Part shown: positions 24,583-34,933 of the stretch, in pieces
Layout: every line of letters begins with the position of its first letter
How positions within the stretch are numbered: position 1 is the first letter of the stretch
DNA from: an uncultured Bacteroidota bacterium
GTDB lineage: Bacteria > Bacteroidota > Bacteroidia > Bacteroidales > SZUA-534
DNA length: 64,000 nucleotides
Direction: 5' to 3'
Assembly: GCA_946414435.1 (NCBI GenBank)
Contig: CAMKOM010000003.1
Coordinates: 68,086-132,085 of the forward strand
Program-made: the position numbers and the translations under genes
Notes under the pieces: model-generated
The model's input: the letters and a program-made list of their open reading frames with translations, nothing else
The model's database searches: none
Told to the model about the DNA's origin: nothing

Positions 24583-25431
24583 TCAATTCCCAAGAAACCG
24601 CCTGATTTCATCGATTTGCGCTAATGCAATGCGGCGCCCTTCGTCGTAAACTCTCTGCATCTCGTCGGGATTTTTTGACGTACGGCTGATGTTGAGCGGC
24701 TTGTCGGGACAGATGACGAGCACATCTCCCTGCGCGGCACGCTGGCGGATGGCCGCCGTGGTGCGGTTATACTCGATGTGGCGATCGCGCATAGCTTTGA
24801 TAATCATCGGATAACGCCGCAGAAACAGGCGCATCAGCCACATAAGGCGGTTGGGGCTCTTGCGGTAGGTTTCGGGTTGCGTCAGCACCACCACGTTGCG
24901 GTTGTAGCCGATGCTCTCGAAATAATCCAACGGAATGGAATCGGTCATTCCGCCGTCGAGCAGATGGTAGCCGTCAACTTCCACAATGCGGCTTGCAAGC
25001 GGCATCGAAGCACTGGCGCGCATCCACGCCAAGTCTCGCTCGTCGCAGGTGTCGAGCCGCTTGTAGACGGGCTTGCCGGTCTCGCAGTCCGACGCCACAA
25101 CCCAAAATTCCATCGGGTTCGCACGGTAAGTGTCAAGGTCGAAAATGTCGAGCTGATGCGGCAGAACGTTGTAGCAGAAATCGGCACCGTAAAGATCGCC
25201 GGTGGTGAAGAGTGAGCGAAGTGAGCAGTAGCGCCAATCGTGTGAGTAGCGTTTGTTGTAGCGGATGGCGCGGCCCGGCTGTCGCGATTTGATGTTGCAG
25301 CCGAATGTCGCACCGGCCGACACGCCAATGGCACCGTCGAACTCAATGCCGTTTTCCATCAGCACATCGAGCACACCCGACGTGAACATTCCGCGCATTG
25401 CACCACCTTCGAGAATCAAGCCTTTTTTCAT
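24583..25431 (-). CDS. Patatin-like phospholipase
   Basis: The oxyanion motif GGAMRG, the nucleophile elbow GVSAGA and the Asp motif LLDGGMTD are present. Confidence 0.9.
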   Translation of the reverse strand: MKKGLILEGGAMRGMFTSGVLDVLMENGIEFDGAIGVSAGATFGCNIKSRQPGRAIRYNKRYSHDWRYCSLRSLFTTGDLYGADFCYNVLPHQLDIFDLDTYRANPMEFWVVASDCETGKPVYKRLDTCDERDLAWMRASASMPLASRIVEVDGYHLLDGGMTDSIPLDYFESIGYNRNVVVLTQPETYRKSPNRLMWLMRLFLRRYPMIIKAMRDRHIEYNRTTAAIRQRAAQGDVLVICPDKPLNISRTSKNPDEMQRVYDEGRRIALAQIDEIRRFLGN

Positions 25432-25441
25432 TCTTTTTTAT

Positions 25442-25543
25442 GACATCAGACAACAGACTAAAGACAACGGACGGATGTGGTTCGTCCCCACTATAGCCCG
25501 TCACTTTCCTATAATGTCTTTCAATTTTCAATTTTCAATTTTC
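25442..25543. repeat. Periodic word block plus small hairpin, paralogous to 18607-18714
   Basis: It contains GACATCAGACAACAGACTAAAGACAACGGACGG, then the hairpin GGACG...CGTCC (25469-25487), then TCAATTTTCAATTTTCAATTTTC (25521-25543). Confidence 0.75.
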
Positions 25544-25548
25544 TGCAT

Positions 25549-26610
25549 TTACTTCTTCACAAACTCAACCTGAAACACTGCCGGCCACAGCTTACCGGTC
25601 ACAAACCAACGGTTGGTTGACGGCTGATAGGCGATTCCGTTCAGTACATCAACCCTTTGCGTGAGTTTCGACATATCGAGCAGATTGCGCATATCGATGA
25701 TTTTCAAAACCTTGCCCGTTGCGGGGTCGATAGCCACAATGTTGTCGGTGCAGTAGATGTTGGCATAAATCAGACCATCAACATACTCAAGTTCGTTCAG
25801 CGCGGTCACGGGGCCTTCGGTGTCACACACTTCAATGCGGTGGTGTTCCTGCATTGTGGCGGTATCGATGAAATGGATTGTTTCCGTTCCATCGCTCATA
25901 ATCAGCCATTTGCCATCGTTGGTCAGGCCCCAACCTTCAGTTGAGTAGCTGAATTCGCCCAATCGGTTGAGAGTCTGTTTGTTATAGATGAATCCGATGC
26001 AAGTGCGCCACGTGAGTTGGTAGAGTTTTTCGCCCATGATGGTGACGCCTTCGCCAAAATAGTTGTTGGGCAGATTGGTGTTTGTCAAAACGGTTTGCCG
26101 CTCAAAATCAATCTTGTATATTGCCGATTGCCCTTCAATTCCGGTGCCTTCGTAGAGCGTGCCGCCGTCGAATTCAAGCCCCTGAGTGTAGTAGTGGCTG
26201 TTATGCGGCAACTGCTTTATCACTTTGTAAGTCAGCCGTTCAGGCTCGATGTCCGACTTGATGCTGAAGCGCGCGCGTCCTTCGGCCACCTGTCCGCCGC
26301 TGTGCCAAGCCTTTACTGCGACGACCTTCTGCCCTACCGTCAATCCGGCTGTTTCAATATCGGTTTGCGCCGAGCCCGCACCAAACCGGAATTTGCGGCC
26401 ATCGATGGTAGCCACAGCCGAGTCGGGCACAGCATTGTCGGGCGCGGTGATTTTCAGGCCGATGGTTTGTCCCGATGTGATTTCAGCGCCACAAGTAAGC
26501 TGAACCGTCAGCTTATCCGCAACATTTTGAGCCGTCGGTCGGGTTGGCGTTGGCTGTCCGCTGCAACCCACCATCACAATCGCGGCCGCTATAAGTTTGA
26601 ATTGCTTCAT
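25549..26610 (-). CDS. Glutaminyl-peptide cyclotransferase-like beta-propeller lipoprotein with an N-terminal Ig-like region
   Basis: Start placed at the ATG at 26608-26610 (MKQFKLIAAAIVMVGCSG, with a lipobox). The C-terminal half carries YTQGLEFDGGTLYEGTGIEGQS and LNGIAYQP, typical of plant/bacterial-type glutamine cyclotransferases. Confidence 0.75.
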   Translation of the reverse strand: MKQFKLIAAAIVMVGCSGQPTPTRPTAQNVADKLTVQLTCGAEITSGQTIGLKITAPDNAVPDSAVATIDGRKFRFGAGSAQTDIETAGLTVGQKVVAVKAWHSGGQVAEGRARFSIKSDIEPERLTYKVIKQLPHNSHYYTQGLEFDGGTLYEGTGIEGQSAIYKIDFERQTVLTNTNLPNNYFGEGVTIMGEKLYQLTWRTCIGFIYNKQTLNRLGEFSYSTEGWGLTNDGKWLIMSDGTETIHFIDTATMQEHHRIEVCDTEGPVTALNELEYVDGLIYANIYCTDNIVAIDPATGKVLKIIDMRNLLDMSKLTQRVDVLNGIAYQPSTNRWFVTGKLWPAVFQVEFVKK

Positions 26611-26769
26611 TGTGTCAGAATTTTTGCGCAAGGTGCGAAATTTTGGCGAATTCCGACCTTCAACTTTAATTTGTCCGCAACAATTATTATTGTAATTTTG
26701 TCTCAATAAATCAAGCAATTGACAATGCCGACCCAATGGTGGCAAAACGTTGCTGCAAAACATTATTCT

Positions 26770-28836
26770 ATGAAAACAATCAAATTTATTGGCCTGATGG
26801 CTACAATTGCGGCAATGACCGCACTATTCAACTCTTGCGACCTGCAGAGTCTGCTCGACGAAGCCAACGAAGAAGAAGAAAGCGAAGGCTACTCTTACAC
26901 TTTCGACAACGACTACGGCGGGAAATCAACCTACTACAGCAGTGCATCATGGGCCACGCTGGCCGACAAAGCCGCGTTTATCAACAAGTTTGAAAGCATC
27001 GGCGGCAAGTTGAGCGAGAGCGTTGTATCGAACGGCGTGTATGAAGGCGACAAGGTGGAAGAAGTCCGTTTCAACCACGCAGCAACCGATGACGAAGCTT
27101 CCGCCTACGTCAAAAAAATGGCTGCCGACGGCTATATTTTTTCATACGACGATGGAATGCTGACCGGATACAAAGTTGAAAGCGATGGCATCAAATATGA
27201 GTTTATACTCGACGGGAACGACTACTGCTACCGCAAAACTGTAATCAGCAGTCTCAAGAAGGAAGAAGCGCTGAAAGATTATGCCGAAGAGTTGAAAGGC
27301 GCGTCGCGAATCAAAGTCTACACCAACTGGACTCAAACCAAAACAACATCGCCTTGGATACAGGTATTCCCCGAAGTGGGCGGCATCTACAAAGTTGCAA
27401 CCACTGATGTTGCCGGCAACATAGTCACCATCTACGGCGTGAAATACGATGACCTTGCCAAACTGGCTGCAAAAGCCGTGGCTGAAGGCTTTACTGATGA
27501 CGGTTGGTCATACAGCGATTCGTTCGAGAAGGAAATCAACGGCAACCGCTACACCATGAGCATCGACTACGACGGCAGCGTAACCTTCCAACGCTATCTG
27601 AAAGATGGCAGCGATGGCAGTGGCGATTACGTTGACAGACCTTCATCGTCTGAAAATCAAGAGAACAACAACGAACAGAACCAAGAAGCGCCTGTTGACA
27701 ACGGCAATCCGGGCGAAAATGAGAATGAGAACAATAATAACGGCGGAAACGGTCAGGCAGTCTCGGCCGATGACTTCAACGCTGACGGTGACATCGACTG
27801 GCGCGACAAATTTTATAAGCTGGTAGCAACAAGCGGTGTCAGCACCAAAACCCGCAAAACCTATGATGGTGAAGTTTCGCTCTATAATTTCACTTCGGTT
27901 TACGGCGCAATCCAAGTTTATGACTCGGCTGCCGGGTACGAACCCAATCAGTATTACTACGACCTTTCGGTCAATGGCGGACTGATGTACCAATATGAAA
28001 ACGGTGCATGGCGCTACAAGAGCCGCATCTACAAAGACCGCAACAAACCGGCCGACGAAGGCTTTAAGAGCCAATTCAGCACTTTGGTTTATTTTGCGCC
28101 ACCATCATGGGGCGTGGCTGACATATATTTGGGGACATCGTTTTTCACTAAAGTAGGCAGCAAAACTTATGCTGGCCGCCAATGCACTGAATACACCTAC
28201 AATGACTATCGGTATTATATTGATAACGAAACCGATGTGTGCCTGTATTACAATGGCGCCGGTGTCGAGTTTGAGACATTGGACTTTACGGTTGGCGCGA
28301 AACTGTCGGTTCCCAACTACCGCAGATATCAAGCCGATTTCCCCACTAACGTGCAAATCATATCAACCGAAACTACTTTTGGAATGACTTCCAATCTGAC
28401 TATTACAAAAATAGGCAACGAATGGATGTGCACCAACGGCAAGGGAACATATCAGTATTGGAAGTTCGACAGCAACGGCGTGACGCTTAAAGCCATGGTG
28501 AAAGATGATGGTGACGAAAGCTGGACATCGGTTTTGGACGACAGCCATTGGCAGGATTTCGACTACTTCGCGCAAAAATGCGATTTCAGTTTCATTTTCA
28601 GTAACTCAACACCCAAAGGCACATGCTACAGCGAGTGCAACCCAACGAGCGAGACGCTTACAGTTTGCGGCGTTGAGTGCGTTAAATATGATGGCACAAG
28701 TGTTTTGAACACAAGTTACGAGTTCTACGTCAACGAAAGTAACAATGTGGTTTACAAGGCGAAAGACATTTCGACAAGCGAGATAACCGGTTGGGATACA
28801 TCGGTTTCGAGTTTTGAGATTGCCGCACCAAACTAA
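26770..28836 (+). CDS. Large hypothetical lipoprotein with an acidic, Asn-rich linker
   Basis: ATG at 26770 and lipobox LFNSC. The low-complexity segment is ENQENNNEQNQEAPVDNGNPGENENENNNNGGNG. No family recognised. Confidence 0.65.
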   Translation: MKTIKFIGLMATIAAMTALFNSCDLQSLLDEANEEEESEGYSYTFDNDYGGKSTYYSSASWATLADKAAFINKFESIGGKLSESVVSNGVYEGDKVEEVRFNHAATDDEASAYVKKMAADGYIFSYDDGMLTGYKVESDGIKYEFILDGNDYCYRKTVISSLKKEEALKDYAEELKGASRIKVYTNWTQTKTTSPWIQVFPEVGGIYKVATTDVAGNIVTIYGVKYDDLAKLAAKAVAEGFTDDGWSYSDSFEKEINGNRYTMSIDYDGSVTFQRYLKDGSDGSGDYVDRPSSSENQENNNEQNQEAPVDNGNPGENENENNNNGGNGQAVSADDFNADGDIDWRDKFYKLVATSGVSTKTRKTYDGEVSLYNFTSVYGAIQVYDSAAGYEPNQYYYDLSVNGGLMYQYENGAWRYKSRIYKDRNKPADEGFKSQFSTLVYFAPPSWGVADIYLGTSFFTKVGSKTYAGRQCTEYTYNDYRYYIDNETDVCLYYNGAGVEFETLDFTVGAKLSVPNYRRYQADFPTNVQIISTETTFGMTSNLTITKIGNEWMCTNGKGTYQYWKFDSNGVTLKAMVKDDGDESWTSVLDDSHWQDFDYFAQKCDFSFIFSNSTPKGTCYSECNPTSETLTVCGVECVKYDGTSVLNTSYEFYVNESNNVVYKAKDISTSEITGWDTSVSSFEIAAPN

Positions 28837-28859
28837 TAATTTGAAAATGACACGATAAG

Positions 28860-29342
28860 ATGGATTACATTCTTCTAACCCTTGGCGTTTTTCTAGCTTT
28901 GGCGGGATTTTTCGGCTGCTTTGTGCCGGTCATTCCCGGACCGCCATTGAGTTTTCTGTCGCTGCTGATGCTGCAATTCACACGATGGGGCAATTTCAGC
29001 ACTGCGTTTATGGTTACCATGGCTGTGCTGGCTGTGGCCGCCGTGGTGCTCGACTACATTGTGCCGGCATGGGGCACAAAAAAATTCGGCGGAACCAAGC
29101 GCGGAACCTGGGGCGCCACAATCGGTGTTTTTGTGGGGATGTTTTTCGGTTTGCCCGGAATTGTGTTCTGCCCGCTCATTGGCGCTTTCATTGGCGAGTA
29201 CACCGGCAACAATGACACTGACCGCTCGTTGTACGCAGCTATGGGGTCGTTTGTCGGCATAATGACCGGACTAGTTTTGAAACTCATTCTGTCAAGCGCG
29301 ATGATTTACTATTTTATAAAAGAGTTTCTTGCAAACATTTAG
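28860..29342 (+). CDS. DUF456-family membrane protein
   Basis: It has four hydrophobic segments. The motifs are FVPVIPGPPLSF and WGTKKFGGTKRGTWGATIG...IGAFIGEY. Confidence 0.75.
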   Translation: MDYILLTLGVFLALAGFFGCFVPVIPGPPLSFLSLLMLQFTRWGNFSTAFMVTMAVLAVAAVVLDYIVPAWGTKKFGGTKRGTWGATIGVFVGMFFGLPGIVFCPLIGAFIGEYTGNNDTDRSLYAAMGSFVGIMTGLVLKLILSSAMIYYFIKEFLANI

Positions 29343-29355
29343 CCGTCCGCAACCG

Positions 29356-29595
29356 ATGCAAAACCGCAATCCGCTATCGCCAAAAGAGTTATCGCTGCTC
29401 GACCAAATGCAGCGGCTTCGGTACAGCCAAGGGCTGATAACCATGGCGTTGTCCATTCTCAAGCAATCGCGTGAAGCGCAAGACGAAATGCTGCTCTACA
29501 TGTACGAGAAACACCCGTCGGAACGGAAATTTGTGGAACGGCTGGCGGCCATCTGCGCCACCGACCCCAATATGCAAAAAACAAATTCATTTTAG
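29356..29595 (+). CDS. Small hypothetical protein
   Basis: ATG at 29356 (the track start at 29329 is a TTG). No family recognised. Coding status is uncertain. Confidence 0.35.
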   Translation: MQNRNPLSPKELSLLDQMQRLRYSQGLITMALSILKQSREAQDEMLLYMYEKHPSERKFVERLAAICATDPNMQKTNSF

Positions 29596-29649
29596 GCCGA
29601 CTGACAATAATTTATAGATTTGCAGGTTTTTTAGAAAAAGGGAAAAACG

Positions 29650-32085
29650 ATGTCTAAAAAAATAGCGCTTGGCCTGCTGCTGATGGTCTGCTCGCTTGTT
29701 AGCACGGCACAGCAGAGTGTGGCCCGGAAAATATACCATATCGAAGGCGAAGCAATGTCGGCGACAACACAGATTGACCCCGGCGAATTCTACCCCAAGC
29801 TGCTCGACAGCATCATCATCGACCAACTGAACTTCATTCTTGACGAGCGCGACTGCGAACCGCTGCAGTTCCGTCAGCTGATGTTCTCGGTGGCCAACGA
29901 GCAGTCGGAATATATGGCGATGATGGCCAAAGACGACCCCAACGCCAAACTGGAACAACCCGTCGGCAACCGCATGCAGGCTTTCGGCGGTTCAACCGAA
30001 GCAGCCGAGATTACCGCAAAAATCAATGTAATCAAAGGCAAGCAGGAACTCACCTACTTCCAAATGGCCGAAGAGCTGGTTTTCCGATGGATGTCGAACA
30101 GCAAGATGGCCGCAATGTTCGAAAGCACAAACTATCAATACATTGGTGTGTCGTCACACATCGATTTCGACGGCAAGCGCGTCTACGTGACCGTGGTTCT
30201 TGGCAATTTCCGCTCGTTCAACGAAGGAATGCGCAACCGCAGCCAACTGAAAGTGCCGTACACCGAGAAAAACATGGGGCTCGACGTCTACGACCCCGAA
30301 GTGTGCAAGCGCGTGAACCGCATGACCAACCTGCACGAGTTCCGCGACGCGCTTGTGATTGAAGACAGGCAGGTTTACATCGATATGGAAAACGCCAAGC
30401 CGCTGCAAAAGCTGCTGCGCAACAACACCGACGCGCTGGCTCTCGACATTCTGCAAAAAGAACAATACGACTGCAGTCTCGAACGCAACATTCTGGATTA
30501 CAACCGTTTCAACCGCGGCGTGCTGACCAAGCCGGTGAAAGCAAAAAAACTTTTCAAGAAGAATCTGGCAGCCAAAGAAGGCCGGCCAAAAGCCATCAAG
30601 ACGAAAGTTGCCGATTTGCCGCCCGAAGTGGATTTGGCCAACAGCGAGATAAACCTGCTCATTGTGCAGGATGGCGCAGTTTGCACAAGTGTGCCGAAAT
30701 CGTTCATCTACCCGATTAAAGGCACCTACAAAAACAACGTGAAACTGCTGGCCGACACCATCTCAATCAACTCGCGATTCGGCGGCTACAAACCCGTGCC
30801 CGACAGCGCCGACCTTGAGTTTGTTATCCCGTTCAAAGGCAACAAGGCCGATTACAACGAAGCTGACATTGAGCCGTTTCTGGAAGCACTCGAGCAACGC
30901 GACTTTAAAATCCTGAACATGAGCATCACGGCCTACTCGTCGGTTGAAGGCAGCGACTCGGTGAACCGCAACCTGCAGCGCCGCCGCGCCGAGAGCATTG
31001 TGAAGGCTCTCGAGAAAAGGCAGATGGACTCAACCGAAACCGAGATAATAACCGACTATAACTGGGACGATTTCGCAGCCGACATCAAATCAACAAAATA
31101 CAGTTATCTGGCGCACATGAGCATTGAGCAGGTTCAGGACACCATTCTGAAGAAGAATCTTGCAAAAGAACTTGAGCCGATTCTGCAGAAACACCGTTTC
31201 GCGCGCATTAGCATGCGAATTGTTTACGATGTAACCGGCAAGAACGAGCGTCCGTTCGTACTGCGCAAGTTCAGCGAAGCGTGCGACTCGTCGGACCGCG
31301 TGCTGGCGCTGTCGATACAAAAACTGGTTATGAAGCGCATTCTGACCGGCGATTACACACCCGACGCACTCGATGAGATGCGGATTCCGGCAACACCCGA
31401 ATTTGCCGGCCTGGCCATGAACGACCTTTGGCTGCGCCATAGGCTGGGACTGGTAAAGGATGCCGAGCTGAAAGAGAAAATCAGCGCTTTGGCCGAAATG
31501 AGCCCCTACAACGAGTACATCGCCTTCAACGACTTGCTGATGCAAATCACCTACCCCGACGGACTGTTCAAAGACATCGGCAGCCGCCTGCAATCGGGCA
31601 TCGACAGACTCTACTCAACAACACTGAAGAAGGAAACCATCGACAAGCTGAACCTTCGCCTGCAACTCAAAACCATCAGCGAAGTGGACTCGGTTACGCA
31701 TGTGCGCTCGGTGAAAACCGCCTGCGTCGACCGCATAAAAAAGATTGTTGATGTAAAAACAGAGTCGATGGACAACAGCCTGAAACTGGCGGAACTGTTT
31801 CTCGACAACAAAGACTACATGCTGACAATCAAAACATTGGAACCATGGGTTGGCAGCACCACCAATATGCAGATTCTGCTCACATACGTGTCGCTCTGCT
31901 CGCTTTTTGAGAATTTGATGCACACAGCGGCCTTCGATACAGCCATGTCACGCATTCAACAGATTGAACCCGAGACATACTGCAAACTGTTGAGCGACAA
32001 GGGCGAAGGATTCTCACTTCGCGTGTTCGAGAATGAAAATATCAAATCGGACTACTGCAAATACTGCACAGGCGCAAAACAATAA
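29650..32085 (+). CDS. Large hypothetical secreted protein with an OmpA-C-like segment
   Basis: The signal peptide is MSKKIALGLLLMVCSLVSTAQQ. The central ITAYSSVEGSDSVNRNLQRRRAESIVKAL resembles the OmpA-like peptidoglycan-binding motif. The rest is unrecognised. Confidence 0.6.
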   Translation: MSKKIALGLLLMVCSLVSTAQQSVARKIYHIEGEAMSATTQIDPGEFYPKLLDSIIIDQLNFILDERDCEPLQFRQLMFSVANEQSEYMAMMAKDDPNAKLEQPVGNRMQAFGGSTEAAEITAKINVIKGKQELTYFQMAEELVFRWMSNSKMAAMFESTNYQYIGVSSHIDFDGKRVYVTVVLGNFRSFNEGMRNRSQLKVPYTEKNMGLDVYDPEVCKRVNRMTNLHEFRDALVIEDRQVYIDMENAKPLQKLLRNNTDALALDILQKEQYDCSLERNILDYNRFNRGVLTKPVKAKKLFKKNLAAKEGRPKAIKTKVADLPPEVDLANSEINLLIVQDGAVCTSVPKSFIYPIKGTYKNNVKLLADTISINSRFGGYKPVPDSADLEFVIPFKGNKADYNEADIEPFLEALEQRDFKILNMSITAYSSVEGSDSVNRNLQRRRAESIVKALEKRQMDSTETEIITDYNWDDFAADIKSTKYSYLAHMSIEQVQDTILKKNLAKELEPILQKHRFARISMRIVYDVTGKNERPFVLRKFSEACDSSDRVLALSIQKLVMKRILTGDYTPDALDEMRIPATPEFAGLAMNDLWLRHRLGLVKDAELKEKISALAEMSPYNEYIAFNDLLMQITYPDGLFKDIGSRLQSGIDRLYSTTLKKETIDKLNLRLQLKTISEVDSVTHVRSVKTACVDRIKKIVDVKTESMDNSLKLAELFLDNKDYMLTIKTLEPWVGSTTNMQILLTYVSLCSLFENLMHTAAFDTAMSRIQQIEPETYCKLLSDKGEGFSLRVFENENIKSDYCKYCTGAKQ

Positions 32086-32232
32086 AGTTTGATTTATAGT
32101 CTCACATGGCCAATTTCCGGCAAACCGGAAGCCGTGACACATATTAACCGTGCTGTGTCAATAAAATTGAGAAATCAGAAAAACTTTTTTTTGAGTTTCG
32201 CATGATATTGCAATCAGTTAATCTGCACAAAA

Positions 32233-33360
32233 GTGGAACAATATCTTAACTCGCTTGACCAATGGCAACTGATTGTGCTATTGGTGTTTGCTTTCGCTCT
32301 ACTGATTCAGGTAGTGTACTATTTGAGTGTCGGGCTGCGACCTGTCTGCAACAAACAGCCGCAACCGGGCGACAATCTGCCACCGGTGTCAGTCATCATC
32401 TGCGCCCGCAACGAAGGCGAGAATCTTAAACAGTTTCTTCCGAAAATCCTGACACAGGACTACCCCGATTTTGAAGTTATTGTGGTGAATGACTGCTCGG
32501 AAGACGACACGCTGATGATTCTGGCAGAAATGGAACTCACCTACAAGAACCTGCGCCACACAAGCATCGAGATTGACCGCAAATTCTCGCATGGCAAGAA
32601 ACTAGCCGTCACTGTTGGCTTGAAATCGGCAAAAAACGAGCATGTTGTGCTGACCGACGCCGACTGCTACCCTGCTAGCAACCAATGGCTTGCTAATATG
32701 ATGGCCTGCTACACCGACGGCACTCAAATTGTTCTGGGCTACGGCGGCTACGAACCGCGCAAAGGATTGCTCAACAAGATTATACGCTTCGACACACTGA
32801 CTATTGCAATGCAGTATATGGGCTGGGCCAAAGCCGGCCACCCCTATATGGGCGTGGGGCGCAATATGTCGTACACCCGAAGCATTTTCTTCGAGAAAAA
32901 AGGCTTTCAGTCACACTACTACCTGATGTCGGGCGACGATGACCTATTTGTGAACGAACGCGCCACAAAACGCAACACACGGATCGCCACATCAAACGAA
33001 AGCCGCACACTGTCAATCCCTTGTGAGAGCTTCGCACAATGGGTGAGTCAGAAAAAACGCCACCTTTCAACATGGACATACTACCGGCTTGGAACAAAAA
33101 TTATTTTGAGTTACGAACTGATGAGCCGACTGCTATTCTATGCGGTTTTGATTGTGGCAATATACCCGTTCGGCCTTTACATTGAAGCCGCAGCGGCATT
33201 CGGATTTCGTTTGCTGATTCAGTTACTTGTTTACAAACTGAATATGCGCAAATTCGGAGAACGCGGTTTTTTATTTTTAATTCCTATATTTGACATCGTT
33301 TTGCCAATTTTGCAAACGGCATTCAATATATTGATTTTGAGAGATAAACGCAGCCAATGA
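32233..33360 (+). CDS. Family 2 glycosyltransferase (membrane-associated)
   Basis: The motifs VSVIICARNEGENL...VIVVNDCSEDDT and LTDADC are present, with TM segments at the C-terminus. The start is a GTG at 32233 and no in-frame ATG lies nearby. Confidence 0.8.
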   Translation: MEQYLNSLDQWQLIVLLVFAFALLIQVVYYLSVGLRPVCNKQPQPGDNLPPVSVIICARNEGENLKQFLPKILTQDYPDFEVIVVNDCSEDDTLMILAEMELTYKNLRHTSIEIDRKFSHGKKLAVTVGLKSAKNEHVVLTDADCYPASNQWLANMMACYTDGTQIVLGYGGYEPRKGLLNKIIRFDTLTIAMQYMGWAKAGHPYMGVGRNMSYTRSIFFEKKGFQSHYYLMSGDDDLFVNERATKRNTRIATSNESRTLSIPCESFAQWVSQKKRHLSTWTYYRLGTKIILSYELMSRLLFYAVLIVAIYPFGLYIEAAAAFGFRLLIQLLVYKLNMRKFGERGFLFLIPIFDIVLPILQTAFNILILRDKRSQ

Positions 33361-33989
33361 ACGCGAATCCTGATTTTTCGGACAAAGCCAAACGCGACTA
33401 TGCGTTAGTTGAACGTGCCCAAAGGGGCGACGAGAAGGCATTTGCCGAATTGCTTGCCATTTACAAGGATTCCATCTATTTCACGATTTTCAAAATGGTG
33501 AAGAGCAAAATCGATGCCGAAGACCTAACCATTGAAGCGTTCGGCAAGGCTTTCCGCAACATCGACCAATACTCGCCCGAATACGCCTTCAGCACTTGGC
33601 TGTTCAGAATTGCTTCGAACAACTGCATCGACTTTCTGCGCCGGCAGAAAACCCGCCAAATCGACATTGTAAGCACATCGTCTTCAGACGAAGAGAACCG
33701 CATTGGCGATGTATTTGCAAAAGAAGCCACAATGGCATTGAAATACGACGCACCCGATCCCGAAGAGAGCATCATCCTTCAGCAGAAGCACGCTATGCTG
33801 CGAAATGTGGTGGCAAATTTGAAACCGCGCTACCGTGAACTTGTTCAACTTCGTTACTTCGATGAACTATCATATGAAGAAATTTCCGACAGGCTCGGCT
33901 TCCCGTTAGGAACTGTCAAAGCGCAATTGTTCAGGGCTCGCGAGATGCTATACGAGATGCTGAAAGACCGCAACGACCATTTAGTATGA
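33357..33989 (+). CDS. ECF-type RNA polymerase sigma-70 factor
   Basis: Region 2 has FSTWLFRIASNNCIDFLRR. Region 4 has LRYFDELSYEEISDRLGFPLGTVKAQLFRARE. There are 4-nt overlaps with both neighbouring genes. Confidence 0.9.
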   Translation: MNANPDFSDKAKRDYALVERAQRGDEKAFAELLAIYKDSIYFTIFKMVKSKIDAEDLTIEAFGKAFRNIDQYSPEYAFSTWLFRIASNNCIDFLRRQKTRQIDIVSTSSSDEENRIGDVFAKEATMALKYDAPDPEESIILQQKHAMLRNVVANLKPRYRELVQLRYFDELSYEEISDRLGFPLGTVKAQLFRAREMLYEMLKDRNDHLV

Positions 33990-34612
33990 CCATAGATTGC
34001 ATTCTCAAATACTTCCCGGACTTGTCAAACGGCCAAATTGAGCAATTCACGAAATTGCAACCGCTCTACGCTGAATGGAACGCCAAAATCAACGTTATAT
34101 CACGAAAAGACATTGATAATCTGTATATCAACCATGTTCTTCACTCGCTTGCCATTGCCAAAGTTGTGAACTTCGCTGACGGCACGCGGGTATTAGATGT
34201 TGGTACAGGCGGTGGATTCCCTGGCATTCCGCTGGCCATTATGTTTCCAAACTGCCAATTCAAACTTGTCGACAGCATAGGCAAAAAAATAACCGTTGTG
34301 AATGCCGTTGCCGATGCGCTTGGGCTGAAAAACGTTGAAGGTGTACACACCCGTGTTGAACAGGTGACCGACAAGTTCGATTTTGTGGTAAGCCGCGCCG
34401 TCACTCGTCTCGACACTTTCTACAATATGACAAGGAAATGCGTGGCGCCCGGCGGCGCAAACTCAATCGCAAACGGAATCATCTATCTGAAAGGCGGCGA
34501 TTTTGACGATGAATTGAACCGAATAAACAGAAAAAACAACATCTACAATATTCCCAACTTTTTTGACGAACCTTTTTTCGAAACCAAAAAAGTTGTTCAT
34601 TTGGAAATGTGA
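33986..34612 (+). CDS. rsmG: 16S rRNA (guanine527-N7)-methyltransferase
   Basis: The SAM motif is VLDVGTGGGFPGIPLAI and the length is GidB-like. Confidence 0.9.
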   Translation: MTIDCILKYFPDLSNGQIEQFTKLQPLYAEWNAKINVISRKDIDNLYINHVLHSLAIAKVVNFADGTRVLDVGTGGGFPGIPLAIMFPNCQFKLVDSIGKKITVVNAVADALGLKNVEGVHTRVEQVTDKFDFVVSRAVTRLDTFYNMTRKCVAPGGANSIANGIIYLKGGDFDDELNRINRKNNIYNIPNFFDEPFFETKKVVHLEM

Positions 34613-34665
34613 TTTGGATAATTGAACAGATACATTATAATTGCAGTGTCAAAAAAATAACTGAG

Positions 34666-34908
34666 ATGGAAACTAAAGACATAAAGGAAAAGGTTGAACA
34701 TTTGGAGCATCTGCTTTTCAGAGCCACACTTGAAGAATACCCGCAGCTGGCGCGCGAATACTCATACTGGGCCGAGAAACTGGCCGAACGCGAGAAAGTT
34801 TCAACAAAACGACGTCTTGACGATGATGATGACGAAGATGATGATGAAGAAAAGGATAACGATGAAGAAATAACCGACAGCGACGATGATGATGAAGACG
34901 GCGAATAA
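34666..34908 (+). CDS. Small, highly acidic hypothetical protein
   Basis: ATG at 34666 (METKDIKEKVEHLEHLL). The C-terminal Asp/Glu tract is DDDDDEDDDEEKDNDEEITDSDDDDEDGE, and a terminator follows. Confidence 0.45.
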   Translation: METKDIKEKVEHLEHLLFRATLEEYPQLAREYSYWAEKLAEREKVSTKRRLDDDDDEDDDEEKDNDEEITDSDDDDEDGE

Positions 34909-34933
34909 TCTGCCGCAACCAACCATAAAACAC

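Noticed and set aside
34609-34665. The upstream GTG start of the acidic small ORF, overlapping the rsmG stop.
   Set aside because: The track start is a GTG, and the first 19 residues (IWIIEQIHYNCSVKKITE) look non-coding. The ATG at 34666 is preferred, although the gene itself remains low confidence.
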